A stretch of DNA of 64,000 nucleotides from Octopus vulgaris. Taxonomy: Eukaryota. The notes beneath the pieces are model-generated. The model worked only from the letters and a program-made list of their open reading frames with translations. It had not been told where the DNA came from and searched no databases. Of the stretch, positions 41,321 to 55,501 are shown piece after piece. Both the position numbers and the translations under genes were made by a program. The first letter of the stretch is position 1. Each line of letters starts with the position of its first letter. The DNA lies in contig OX597833.1 in the NCBI GenBank assembly GCA_951406725.2, forward strand, positions 21,018,001-21,082,000, read 5' to 3'.

Positions 41321-42636
41321 CCGCGAAATTTTTTTTTCCCACGAGAGTTCCGGCCCCCCAGTAATGAACTCATTTGCATACAACCAATCAGAGCTCACCT
41401 TGACCTTGTTGTTAAGTTAACAAACACACTCTGCCAAGTAAACTCAAGACGAGGAACGGTGTTGTAAGTCAACCGATCGCCAAATTATGCCTGGTTTTAG
41501 AAGGAGACAAGTAATTAGATTTGTGGTAAGTAGCTTGTTAACCAACCACATGGTTCCGGGTTCAGTCCCACTGCGTGGCATCCTGGGCAAGTGTCTTCTG
41601 CTATAGCCCCGGGCCGACCAATGCCTTGTGAGTGGATTTGGTAGACAGAAACTGAAAGAAGCCTGTCGTATATATGTATATATATGTATATATGTGTATG
41701 TGTGTGTTTGTGTGTGTGTGTTTGTGTGTGTGTGTTTGTGTGTGTGTGTTTGTCCCCTTAGCATTGCTTGACAACCGATGCTGGTGTGTTTACGTCCCCG
41801 TCACTTAGCTGTTCGGCAAAAGAGACCGATAGAATAAGTACTGGGCTTACAAAGAATAAGTCCCGGGGTCGATTTGCTCGACTAAAAGGCGGTGCTCCAG
41901 CATGGCCGCAGTCAAATGACTGAAACAAGTAAAAGAGAGTAAAAGAGAGAGTAAAGAGTATACCTATTATCGGATTTTGTCAGAGCCCCATATGGTAAAG
42001 ATGGGGGTGGGGAAAATGTGGGTAGATAGAGGGTGATGTGTTACCAACTCTCTCCCCTTACTGCTTTATAAAGTAAACAAGACAAATAACTACAAAGAGG
42101 CAGCCATGGTTGAAACAAGAACAAGAACAACAGGCATTCTTAAAAGAGAAAAGAAGCATGGTCATTCCTTACCCAAGTCGCCTTAACTTTATTTCATAAA
42201 GATTTGCCATAGAGGCATTACAAAGAGTAGCTTTGCGGGCTAGACATAGACATTAATGAGGCGGATGATTACGATAAAAAATGATAAAGATGGGAGAAGG
42301 CAGAAGGCGCCCGCCGACCCTCTGCTTCTCTAAAACATTGGGGTTTTTTGGGGTTTTTTTTTTAAATACATGTACCGAGGTGATGACCCTCTTACAATTT
42401 AAGATACAATTTCTTTGGACCAAAAAGTCCATACAACCACAAATTACATTTTTTAAAATCAAATTAGAGGCAATAAACCTTTACAATTCCTTCCACACAA
42501 GTCGCCTTAACTTATCGCCCATCACTTGTAATGCGCTCATAAATTAGTTTGATAGTTGAGCTCTGATTGGCTGTATGCAAATGAGTTCATAACTGGGATC
42601 CGGAACTCTCGAGGAAAAAGATTTTTCGCTTTCGCT
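41321..42636. mobile_element. unclassified TIR element (~80-bp TIRs) inserted in a family A SINE
   Basis: 41321-41399 is an imperfect inverted copy of 42555-42636; the SINE A sequence resumes on either side. Confidence 0.75.
41521..41958 (+). mobile_element. tRNA-derived SINE family A nested in the TIR element
   Basis: Matches the other family A copies. Confidence 0.88.
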
Positions 42637-43816
42637 GGCCGGCCCGGGGCTATAGTAGAGGATACACTTAGCCAAGGTGCCGCGCAGTGGGACGGAAGCC
42701 CAAAACACACGGTTGGAAAGGAAGCTTCTCAACTGCACTGTCACACCTGCTCCTATATAACTGCAAATAAATGCTAACCATAATTATCGTTTTAAAAGTT
42801 TAATTACTACAACATAATTCAATAATGTGTTGTGCGAGTGTTCGTTAGTTGTTTACACGATGTTGAGCGTTCATATTGGATTCACAGACTTCGCTTCTCT
42901 TTCGTTCTAAAACTTTTGAATTAGGGTTGCTAATTTAACTAATTTCTAGCTGGTGTATTTTAGCACAACATAGTTAATCAAAATAATCACCGAGTTGATA
43001 GCTACAAATCTAGTTAATTTCTTGAAATAATTATAGCACGTTCTAGCTAGTCTTTTCATTGTTAGTAATTTTATATTTTTTAATTACACGGCCTAATCTT
43101 GCTCCAGAGCAAAATGAGTATTTGATTTATGGCCAAATGACATTTCGCAATTTTTGAATGGCTACAGAAGAAGTAACAATCGAGGACATAATCCCCTTGC
43201 ATAGAATTATTTCTATTTGAAATGGCCTCTCACTTAACGATTGGACGTTTGAAACAAAATGAGTCGTTAAACTGAAGTACAAGAAATCTGCGATGGCTAC
43301 AAATGGCAGAGTTAATATCCACGTCTGCTCATGTCCATAAGAGATATTTTCTTAGACGAACACCGCAGTTTACAAGGCTTTCAACATATAGTCGCTTTAA
43401 GTATGTATTACAGATCGCTAATCTTGAACTTAATATTGCTTGCATCGCTATTAATGAATTTTTGTTTTTTCAGCCTGCAAGCTAAACGCGATGTCGGTGG
43501 CCTTTCAATTACTTTTTTACTATATCAGCTATCAGCCGATGTTTGCTTGCTTGACATAACATGACATGGATATTTACTACTGATGAAGGTCACAAGTAGA
43601 TATACGGATCTAGCAATTTTACCACAAATGCTAGGCAACCTCCGCCTGTGGCTGCTATTTTTCTGTGTTCCAAGACGAATACCGCAGTTTAGAAAGCTTT
43701 CAGTAGTATACACACTTATATACATATATATATGTATATATAATCAGATGAGTGGTAAAGGCACCAATATTTACTGGAAAATAGCAATCGATACAAATAC
43801 GACGCTATTGTAAAGC

Positions 43817-43885
<69 letters not shown>

Positions 43886-43891
<6 letters not shown>

Positions 43892-45960
43892 AAAAATGAA
43901 AAAACTACAGAAGGCTTAAATGTTAAAAAATATATATTTGCGTCAATATGTCTGAAGAATATTAAAAAATTTTTTGAAGAATATTAAAAAATTTTTTTTT
44001 CCTCTTATAATGACATAATTTAGAAGAAATTCTCCTAAACCCTTCTGAAACCCTTCCTTAAACATATCGATAGCCATATCAGAGATGACTTGGATATATT
44101 AAACCACCTTCCAAAAAAAGCCAAGGAAGAAACAATCCTGGTTTCATTTGATGTCAGTTAACTTATATACCAGTATACCTCATAATTATGGACTAGAGGC
44201 AATACAGTTCTGGCTGGACCAATTTCCGGAAGAAATACCAAAAGGATCAGTAAAGAATTCATTACTAAATCAATTGAATTCATCCTACACAATAACCACT
44301 TCATGTTTGACAATACATTTTACCGTCAAAAATCCGGAATTGCTATGGGTACAAGGGCAGCACCAGTCATTGCGAACCTAACAATGGGCTACATGGAAAT
44401 AATCATTTACCAGGAATCTTTATCAATCTTTGGAAACCCCATTTCTCAATACATAAAAGAGAATTGGAAACGATTCTTAGACGATTGTTTTATACTCTGG
44501 AATGAAAACACAGATAAACTCCTAAAATTTAAAAACCTATTGAACAGCATAAACCCAAATATACAGTTCACAATGGAATACAACCAAAAGGAGCTCCCGT
44601 TCTTGGATATACTAATTTAAAAAATTAACCTTAAAATAGAAACAGACATTTTTTACAAAGCCACAGACGCCAAACAATACCTTCTTTTTAATTCATGCCA
44701 CCCAAGACACACTAAAACAAACATCCCCTTCAACCTTGCACAGACGCCAAACAATACCTTCTTTTTAATTCATGCCACCCAAGACACACTAAAACAAACA
44801 TCCCCTTCAACCTTGCAAGAAGGATATGCACAATAGTGTCAGAACAAAATACCAGGAACTTTAGACTGCAAGAACTCAAAAACACCCTAATTGACAGACA
44901 TTACCCAGCTCAACTCATAGAGGATGGGATCAGACGTGCAACAGAAATCAACATAGAAACTTTAAGAAAAGTTCAACACAACAACACACCTTCCCCGAAA
45001 ATACTACCTTACATATCTACATACAACCCCAGAAACAAAGAAGCCTTCACCATCATCACCCAGAATTTACCAATACTTCATAAGGACCCCAAATTAAAGG
45101 AAATTCTAAACATACACCAAATCATTAAAAGCTATAAACAAACTAAATCACTTAAAAAGATTCTCACAAAGGCAAAATTGTCTTCTGATACTACGGATGC
45201 AAAAGTAAAAAAATGTGGTAGATCGAACTGTGCAACATGTCCAAACCTGCTAGAAGGATCAGAATTCCTCTTTAAAGAGGGACAGAAATTCAAGATCAAA
45301 TCTAACTTTACTTTTGCCTCTGAAAACATAATTTATGTCATAAAATGCTCGGGCTGCCACCAAGACTACGTGGGATCCACGGGACTATCACTCAGACGTA
45401 GATGCACACTGCATCGACAACAGATTGCATTCCCAGAATACAGAATGATACCTTTTAGTGAGCACATTGAGAAATGCGCAAAGCAACTACTACCACAATT
45501 TTTAATCTTTCCATTTTACCAATGTGCTATCGGATCATCAACACAAATTAGACTAAACAAGGAAACATTCTTCATTGAAAAGTACAAGCCCAGACTTAAC
45601 CATCCCAACATACTGATACAGAGAAATTCACACCAAGGGAAAGGAAAATATTTTTAAGCGATTATCTCCCTTACACCGGAAGAAATCACTCATTACCTCC
45701 CCTTATTTAGAACTCTTTTGAACATAAACATAACGATAACCCTGTTCAACATAAACATAACGTCGCAAGAAATTTGAAAAGCTAAACGCGAAACCGGTCT
45801 TTCTTCTAAATTATGTCATTATAAGAGGAAAAAAAAAATTTTTAATATTCTTCAAAAAATTTTTTAATATTCTTCAGACATATTGACGCAAATATATATT
45901 TTTTAACATTTAAGCCTTCTGTAGTTTTTTCACTTTTTACTATTTTCTATATATTCAACC
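43886..45960 (+). mobile_element. Penelope-like element, 5'-truncated (RT plus GIY-YIG pseudogene), with an inverted pLTR copy at the 5' end
   Basis: LVSFD..NLYTSIP, GIAMGTRAAP, WKRFLDDCF, LPFLD, IYVIKCSGCHQDYVGST; frameshifts and a 77-bp internal duplication at ~44662-44817; 43886-44029 is the reverse complement of 45800-~45945. Confidence 0.93.
45767..45805 (+). ncRNA. minimal hammerhead ribozyme with U3-A8 covariant core
   Basis: AAGAAA-(T)-TTGAAAA-GC-TAAAC-GC-GAAA-CCGG-TC-TTTCTT; palindromic loop III; predicted cleavage after 45799. Confidence 0.65.
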
Positions 45961-45993
45961 ACGTGCTTTCACAAACCAACTTTCTTATCTCTC

Positions 45994-46262
<269 letters not shown>

Positions 46263-46278
46263 TGTGGAGTGGCTAGCG

Positions 46279-46350
<72 letters not shown>

Positions 46351-46947
46351 GTGTGTGTGAGTGTGTGTGAGAGTGTGTTTGTCCTATCATTGCTTGACAA
46401 CAAATATTTGTGTACATCTCCGTATTGTAGCGGTTCGGCGAGAAGATATCGATAGAATAAATGCCGGTCTTTAAAAAAATTAAATACTGGACTTGATTTG
46501 TTTGATTTAACTCATGAAGGCTGTGTCCCAGCCTGGCCGCAGTATAATGACTGAAACTAATTAAAGCTAATTTCAATATTTATTTATCTAAGGCGGCGAG
46601 CTGACAGAATTATAAGCACGCCGGACACAATGTTGAGCAGCATTTCGTCCGTCTTTACGTTTATGAGTTCAAATTCCGCCGCAGTCGACTTTGCCTTTCA
46701 CCATTTCGGGGTCGATAAAACGAGTAGAACACTAGGGGCGAAGTAATCGACTTATCCCCTTCCTCGAAATTGCTGGTTTTGTGCCAAAATTTGAAACCAA
46801 TATTTATTTAAGGCGGCGAGCTGGCAGAATCGTTAGAATGCGGAGCAAAATGCTTAGCGGCATTTCGTCCGTCTTTATGTTTCGTGATCAAATTCCGCCG
46901 AGGTCGACTTTGCATTTCATCTTTTCGGGTTCGACGAAATAAGCACC

Positions 46948-47363
46948 GGATCTTTTCGGTTTGAACGGCAGTTTTTAACATAATTTCTAGGTAACTAAAA
47001 AATTTTAAACTTCGTATACTGGTAGAATGTGTTTATAAAAGATCTTTTTCTCTTGGCTTTATTGAGAAAATTCTATAGTTTGTAAGATATTTGTTGTTGT
47101 TTTTCTTCAATTTCTGCAATTTCAACCAATCAATGACCGTCTATTGAGGTGAAAACATTCTGTGCCGTATGAAAATGTCCCTCGTTTAAGAAACAGATCG
47201 GGTTTATTTACATTAGTGAAGAAAAAAAGATACCCTTCCCCCACCCCTAACCCTAACCCTAAAATAGATTGAAATGCAATAAATCGATACTAGGGTCATA
47301 ATTATGGGTGACAATTTCATATGACACTGCTAGAAAAAACTGCCGTTCAAAACGAAAAGATCC
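46948..47363. mobile_element. MITE, Merlin-like (GG termini, 8-bp TSD)
   Basis: TIR GGATCTTTTCG(G/T)TTTGAACGGCAGTTTTT; TSD TAAGCACC at 46940-46947 and 47364-47371; splits a family B SINE. Confidence 0.88.
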
Positions 47364-48169
47364 TAAGCACCTTCTGAGCATAAGTAAGAGTCTATGTAAT
47401 CAACTTACTGCTGTCCAGAAATTGCTGGCCTTGTGCCAAAATTTGAAACCAATATTTTGAGTTGAAATTTCAATAAGATTGATCTTTGCCTTCCACACTT
47501 TCCAAGCCGATGAGACTTAACAGCAACAGTAATATCTGTTTGTGATTTTGTCGACAATATCGTTCTGGCTTAGAAACAGGTTTTGTAGGAAGTGTAAGAA
47601 GGGAAAAAGAAACGGAAGGAATAAATAAACTCTTTAAAACTCAATTAATACTTTAGGCATAATACAAGCATCAAAAAACTGCTGCAGTTCCTCTCTCTCT
47701 CAAATTTGAACGAGATGTCATACTTATGTAAGAAATTACCATTTAATAGGTAGCTGAAAATCGAGTTTATTGTTGAAAAGTTATAAATATTCTATAAGAA
47801 AAAAATTGACTTGGTTTTTTTGTTTTTTTAAGGAAAAAATCCATTTAAAGTAGGAATTTAGCTTAAAGACAAAATCCTCATTCTGAAAAGAAGTTAAATA
47901 GAAAACAACTTTATTGATTATTTTATTATGTTCAATCTAAAAGAAGTACGAAAGAGAAAATTCTTTAATTTCATATAAATTAAACACTTGCGTTTTTCTG
48001 TTTAAAATTATAAGCTTAATCATTCGTTTAAAACAGGAGCAGTTTATACATACCTCGTTATATACATTTATAAGCATAGATTTTCTTATGTATATTGTAA
48101 TATCATATGTATAATGTATTATTCATACGTTATCATATATTTGTTAGGTACACAATTCGTATTCCTCGT

Positions 48170-48960
48170 AAGGCGGCGAGCTGGCAGAACCGTTAGCACG
48201 CCGGGCGAAATGCGTAACGGTATTTCGTCCGTCTTTACGTTCTGAGTTCAAATTCCGCCGAGGTCGACTTTGCCTTTCATCCTTTCGGGGTCGATTAAAT
48301 AAGTACCATTTACGCACTGGGGTCAATGCAATCGACTTAATCTCTTTGTCCGTCCTTGTTTGTCCCCTTTGTGTAGCCCCTTGTGGGCAGTAAATAAATA
48401 GATATTTCGCCCATCTCTACGTTCTGAGTTCAAATTCCGCCGAGGTCGACTTTGCCTTTCATCTTTTCGAGGTCGATTAAATAAGTACCAGTTACGCACT
48501 GGGGTCGATATAATCGACTTAATCCGTTTGTCTGTCCTTATTTGTCCTCTCTGTGTTTAGCCCCTTGTGGGTAGTAAAGAAATGGGTAGTAAAGAAATAG
48601 GTATTTCGTCTACCGTTACGTTCTGAGTTCAAATTCCGCCGAGGTCGACTTTGCTTTCGATCCTTTCGGGGTCGATAAATTAAGTACATGTTACGCACTG
48701 GGGTCGATGTCTGTCCTTGTTTGTCCCCTCTATGTTTAGCCCCTTGTGGGCAATAAAGAAATAAGGATCGTTGGCAAGCCGAACAAAATGCTTAGCGCCA
48801 TTTCGTCTGTCTTTATGTTCTGAGTTCAAATTCCGTCGAGGTCAACCTTTATCTTTCATACTTTCGGGGTCGATAAAATAAGTAACAGTTGAATAATGAG
48901 GTCAACGATATCGACTTAACCTTTCCCTAGAATTGCTGGCCTTGTGGTAAAATTTGAAGC
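48170..48960 (+). mobile_element. family B SINE trimer plus an adjacent copy
   Basis: One head followed by three ~190-bp bodies. Confidence 0.85.
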
Positions 48961-49309
48961 CATTTCTCATACTTATTGTATACACTACCTCGGTAACGCA
49001 GTAGTCTCATTATCTAAAATTAACAACCAATTAACCTGAAGGTCATAAGTTCAATCCTTTTAAATAGGTGCAGGCATAGCTGTGCGATTAAGAAGCTCGC
49101 TGTGCCACCAAATGGTTTCCAGTTCAGTCCTACTGCACGGCACCTTAGGCAAGTGTCTTTTACTATAACTCCTAAGTTGACTAATATCTTGTGAGTGAAT
49201 TTGGCATACAGAGACGAGGTTTCTTCTGCCGTATGAGGTGCATTCAATTCTATTACATCGTTCCTCACCCACTAGGGTTACATCGTTCCTCACCCACATT
49301 ATATATATA

Positions 49310-50591
49310 TCAGGTCATTCCATAACTTCCGTCCGAATTTTGAATAAAGAAAACAAGTAATCAAATGTTATATTTAATTGAAATTTAATAATCAATGTAC
49401 TTTCCCTGATTATCTATGACTTCCTTCCAGCTAGTTACAAGCTTTTTAATCCCATCAATGTAAAACTCTTTTGGTTTCAAAGCAAAGAGCTCTGAAATGT
49501 CAGTTTCGACCTCCTCCTGGCTTGCGAAAGTTATGTCCCCCAAATGATTCTGTAAACTATGAAACAAATGGTAATCTGAAGGAGCAAGGTCGGGAGAATA
49601 AGGTGGATGAGGAATTTTTTCCCAACCAAGCTCTTCGATCTTCTGTGATGTGATCTTTGTAGTGTGGGTTCGTGCATTGTCCTGATGAAACACCACTCCT
49701 TTTCGATTCACTAATGTGGATCTTTTTTCTCCAAAGCTTGGTTCAAACGCTCTAATTGCTGACAGTAGACTTGAGCATTGATTGTTGCATTATGTGGTAA
49801 CAATTCAAAGTGAATTACTCCTTTGCAATTCCACCAGATAGAGAGAAGAACCTTTTCCCCATGAAGTACCCTTTTCGGCTGTGGTTGAGCCTTTTCCCTT
49901 TTACCAAGCCACTGTTTATGACATTTATCATTTCGATAGAAGATTCATTTTTCATCACCAGTCACAAGTCTATCCAGAAAGGGTGAAATGAGTTCGCGAG
50001 AATGGAGAGAAGAACAGATTTCAACTCGGGATTTGCGGTTGATTTCGAACACTTCAAGAGGCACCCATTTTTCAAGTTTAGGAACCTTCCAACTTGTTGA
50101 AGATGACGATGAACAGTTGTATGGTTTGAACTAAGCTTTATTGCCAATTCTTCAACTGATAATGCAGGATTTTCTTCAAGTAATGCCTCAAGGAGTTTAT
50201 CATCAAACTCAACTGGACATCCTATTCGATTTTCAAGGCTGAAATCTCCACTTCTGAATTTTGCAAGCCACCTTCTGCAAGTTCTTTCATTCAAGCATCC
50301 TTTCCTATAAACTGAGTGTTTGTTTCGAGTTGCTTCGGCTGCAGAGTTTCCTTTTTTGTACTCATAAGGCATTATGTGTCTCAAATGCTCTTTGGATACT
50401 TTCATGTTAGAAAGGGTTTTAATCAAAGAAAATTTAATTCTATTATTGTGTAAAATAATATTTAATTAGTTTAAATGTACACAAATGCATAAAAATAATT
50501 TTTAATTCCATTAGACATTCTAAAATACTATTAAATTTAATCCAATTTTTAAAAAAAGGTAAAATCGGACAGAACTTATGGGACGACCTGA
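49310..50591 (-). mobile_element. full-length mariner (DD34D) transposon with a frameshifted transposase
   Basis: TIRs TCAGGTCATTCCATAACTTCCGTCCGA / TCGGACAGAACTTATGGGACGACCTGA, TA TSD; HTH region, VTGDEK, HQDNARTH, HPPYSPDLAPSDYHLF. Confidence 0.95.
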
Positions 50592-50817
50592 TATAAATAA
50601 ATAGAGATGGTGAGCTCGCAGAATCGTTAGCACTCCGGGCGAAATGCCTAGTGGTATTGTCGTCTGCCGCTATGTTCTGAGTTTAAATTCCGCCGAGGTC
50701 GATTTTATCTTTCATCCCTTTCGGGGCCCATAAATTAAGTGCCACTGGAACACTGGGGTCGATGTCATCGACTAGTCCCCTTCCCACAAATTTCAGGCCT
50801 TGTACTTTTAGTAGAAA

Positions 50818-50868
<51 letters not shown>

Positions 50869-51363
50869 TACATACATACATACATACATACAAACACAGT
50901 TACATTGTATGCGCACAAGAGAAATATATCTCGAAATCAAATAAATAAAGTGTGTTTGTGTATATATATATATATATATATATATGAAAACTACTGAAAA
51001 ACAAAAAAAAATGGAAAACAATTGCAACTAACAGAAGCTACGAAACTAACAGTGAAATAATCGCGAACACACACTCATTCACACACACACACGCACACAC
51101 ACACACACACACTCAAGCACACACACACGTGTACACATGTAGGCATACATGTATTGTATTAATGAAATACAGAAAACATATGGTATTTTATGGTTTATAA
51201 GACATACGTGTGTTTCGGCAAATTACAGTCAGGAGTTCATGATTGCTGGTTGAAATACTATACATTCCCGTAAATTTAACCCTCTCTGTCTCTCTTTGAA
51301 CGTACACACACACACACACACACATACACACACAGACACACACACGTGTGTATAATATATATA

Positions 51364-51397
<34 letters not shown>

Positions 51398-51519
51398 CAT
51401 GCATGTATGTATGTATGTAGGTAGGTATGTAACTATCTATGTATATTTATATTTGTATGTATACATACATAACTTTCACAATATATATATCTACACACAC
51501 ACACGTACATGCATACATA

Positions 51520-51582
<63 letters not shown>

Positions 51583-51584
51583 AC

Positions 51585-51618
<34 letters not shown>

Positions 51619-51859
51619 TGTTGCTATTATACAAAAGTATCGTAAGTCTAAAACATTGCTTTTTCAGGAAAGGAAAAAATAGCGTCACAATTCCATAGCA
51701 AAACCGCTGTACTACACTTTGGCAATTTTTGATATCTTGGCATCTGAAGCAGCTGGAGATACGATAGTTCGACCAAAAGAACCGGCTATTGCAAGCAAAA
51801 ATATATATTGCAGAAACGCAATTGGCCAAATTTGGACATACGACAGTTTAACATAACAG

Positions 51860-52820
51860 CAACGATATAATTTTTTAGAACCTTGGTCTCTGATAAGTTA
51901 GCTTTAAGACCCTTCTATTCCAAGTTTTACTTCTATACCTGGAATTTCTGTTTTAATTCTGTTACAGATTCCACTGTGAGAGCGAGATCATCAGCATACA
52001 GTATTTCCAAGAGGCAGCCGTCTTAAATTCCTCTGCTAGGGCCTGGAGGACAATGATAAATGGGAGGGTACTGAGACATGAGCTTTGGTGAATGCCTACC
52101 TGTACACTAAATTCGTCATCGTACTCATGGCTAACTCTCACCTTACTGACAGCATCCATATACATGGCTTAGAGGTCATAACAGAGGAATATAAGACGGT
52201 TGTCTTTGGGAACTATTATATCATCATATGCTGATGATTTCGTTCTCACAGTGGAATTTGTAACAGAATTTGAAAAAAAAGTGGAAGGAAAACCTGGAAT
52301 CGAAGGGACTTAAAGCTAACTTATCAAAGACCAAAGTTCTAGTAAGCAAGAAAACAGTCAGGTCCCTTCGGGTAAATGTTCTTACTCAATATGTAAGAAA
52401 GATGTAGGTCGTAATTCCATACGGCGTACCCTGTGCAAGCTATGGACCCACAAGAGGTGCAGTGGAATCACAGGAAGGTTAACAAGAGAGTAGTGCTTGT
52501 ATGTGGAAGATGCACTAGTGCCATAAAGACTAATGATACATGGGGAATTGATTATCTTAAATATCATGGAGACTCCCTATATTTAGCGGATAATTTCCGC
52601 ACCTATGCGACTTAATTAGCCGTAGAGGAGGTTGTTCGGAAAATATAGTTGCTAGAGTAAGAATAAAATGGAGAAAATTCAGAGAGTTATTACTTCCGAT
52701 GGCAACAAAAGGTCTCTCTCTCTTTCTTTATTTCTACGAATACAAAGGTAGATTGTATAAAGCTTGTCTACGTACAGTAATGCTCCATGGTGTTGAGACG
52801 TGGACCCTGAATGCAGAGGA
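51860..52820. mobile_element. two head-to-head degraded RTE RT fragments
   Basis: Minus strand 51860-52170 VQVGIHQ...IIVLQALAEEFKT; plus strand 52170-52820 YADD, Cys-rich region and downstream motifs. Confidence 0.8.
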
Positions 52821-53160
52821 TGATTTCGCAATGGAGACCTGAGCCTTGAAGATCGTGAGCGTAGTGGACACACATTTGTCATCGATGACGGTCAATTAAA
52901 GACCGTCATTGAGAAAGATCCACGAAAAACCACTCGTGAACTAGCAAAAGAATTTCAAGTTAGCCAGAAAACTGCCTGTAACCATTTGCATGCGATCGGA
53001 AAATCAAAAAGGCTCAACAAATGGGTACCACACGATTTGAATGAAACTCAGAAAATGCGCAGATATGAAATTATTCTCGTCGCTTCTCCGTAACCAGACC
53101 GATCCATTTCTCGACTGCATTGTAGCTCGCGATGAAGAGAGGATTCTGTACAATAACAGA
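52820..53160 (+). mobile_element. mariner transposase fragment
   Basis: FRNGDLSLEDRERSG...TTRELAKEF...KWVPHDL. Confidence 0.85.
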
Positions 53161-53278
53161 AATTTTAAATTCAGTTCACGGACCCCCAGCACTAGCTTAG
53201 TGGACCACCAGGGGTCCACGGTCCACAGGTTGGGAACCACTGTACAAGACTGAATATATATATATGTATGTATGTATG

Positions 53279-53339
<61 letters not shown>

Positions 53340-53447
53340 ATCACGTAACCGACCAGACCATCAGATGTTGTTACACATCGCTGGTCACAATGCGTTCGCA
53401 TTGTTTTAGCCTTCGAATGACGCCACCCCGCTGGCTAAGCGAGCAGG

Positions 53448-53527
<80 letters not shown>

Positions 53528-53529
53528 TT

Positions 53530-53575
<46 letters not shown>

Positions 53576-53590
53576 CAGACAGATAGATAA

Positions 53591-53645
<55 letters not shown>

Positions 53646-54676
53646 CTTGACCAAGGAGTCTGCATTGTGATCGATACCGGACCCATGTGGTTACGAAGAA
53701 GACTTTCTAACTACACAACCTTACCCCCACGCCCAAAAGCAGTGTAAAGGATTTTTTATCGGATCCTATACCATTTGTGTCAATTCGCCATTTCCGCGAG
53801 CTTTCCATATCGATTTTTTTCTTTTACCATAACGACAATTGCCTCAGATCTTCGATGGGAAGGAAATACACAAGTCTGTGAGACGTTTATCTCCTACTAG
53901 AGCGGATTAATGGCGCAATTGAAGTGCAATGAAACCATTCCACTTCAGTAACGTTATATTTTAATTACGCTCGAATTCTAATGATTTTTTTTTCTCCCTA
54001 TTTTCTTACGTTCTCTACATTTACTATTTCCTATGGACATTTGCGGTGATCGTTACATTTCATAACTAATTGTAGTTGTTGTTTAGAACAGTCGGTAGAG
54101 TTTCAACCGTACCCATCCCGGCTTATATTCAAATATGTTATTTTTTCTCCCTCGCACCACCCTTTTTAAAGGAATTTGAGTGTAATTTGAGAGAGATTTG
54201 GCTGTTATTTTTAGTAGAGCGAGTGATCCAGCCCGGTTTATTTTCTGATATACTGTCCTTTCCTTTTCTCCCCCCCCTTTTCATTGTACGGAGATATGGT
54301 ACAATTTGAAGGAGATTCGGCTGTTACATGCTTCTCCGCTGGTTAACCCACACTATTATGATTTAAGAATGAAACGTGTGATTGGTGGGCAAGGGATTTG
54401 GTTGCTATTCCTCTGTAGATTATGCGACTACCTTGAAGCCGTCCCCCTTACCAGTTTGTATCCAACCGTATCATTGTATGACCCTCCCCTCGGTTATGAA
54501 TGACCATGGGATTGCGCTTAGAAAGTTACCCTCCGTGGCACAAGTCCGGGCAAGGTTGTTAATAGAAGACCAGCAGTCGCCCACGCATACCGGCCTCCCC
54601 TCTCCACGCCACCGATGTTATCCAAGGGAAAGGCGATGGCCGATACAGCTTGGTACCTGTGACGACGCAGTACATT

Positions 54677-54990
54677 TATTAACGTGCAAGTGGCTGAGCA
54701 CTCCACAGACACGTGTACCCTTAACGTAGTTCTCGGGGAGATTCAGCATGACACAGAGTGTGACAAGGCTGGCCCTTTGAAATACAGGTCCAACAAAAAT
54801 AGGAAGAAAGAGTGAGAGAAAGTTATGGGGAAAGAGTACAGCAGGATTCACCACCACTCCCTGCCGGAGCTTCGTGGAGCTTTAGGTGTTTTCGCTCAAT
54901 AAACACTCACAATGCCTGGTTTGGGAATCGAAACCGCGATCCTACGACCGCGGATCCGCTGCCCTAACTACTGGGCCATTGCGCCTCCAC
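54677..54990 (-). mobile_element. tRNA-derived SINE family C
   Basis: Matches 16372-16751. Confidence 0.85.
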
Positions 54991-55501
54991 ATCATAATGA
55001 AAAGTAATTACCAGTTTAACTGAAGATGGTGAGCTGGCAGAATCATTAGCACGTCGAGCTAAAAGCTTGGCGGCATTTCATCCGTCCTTACGTTGTGAGT
55101 TCAAATTCCGCCGAGATCGACTTTGCCCTTTCATCCTTTCGAGGCCGATAAAATAAGTACCGGTCGAGCACTCGGGTCGATGTAATCGACTTTACTGCTT
55201 CCCTGAACTTACTAACCGTGTGCCAAAATTTGACTGCTAATATTAATTTCAAATTTTGACACAAGGTCAACAATTTCGTGAGAGAGTATAGGTCGAAATT
55301 GCTAGCCTTGTGCAAAGACTCGAAACCAACATTGCATGGTGTAAGTTTGGCTGCTTACTATATTCCGGCAAAAGCCCGTGGGGAGGTATATGGTACACCA
55401 ACTCAACCTGTCGCTAGGCCTTCTTCCTGGTCTTGAGAACCAGACGTACACATCCCATAAGGCTTTGCTCGATAAATGGAAACTTCAATATTCCATGCAT
55501 C

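Noticed and set aside
43575-43710. CTGATGA...GAAAGCTTTC possible hammerhead
   Set aside because: Stem II does not pair and the stem I register is off by 2 nt
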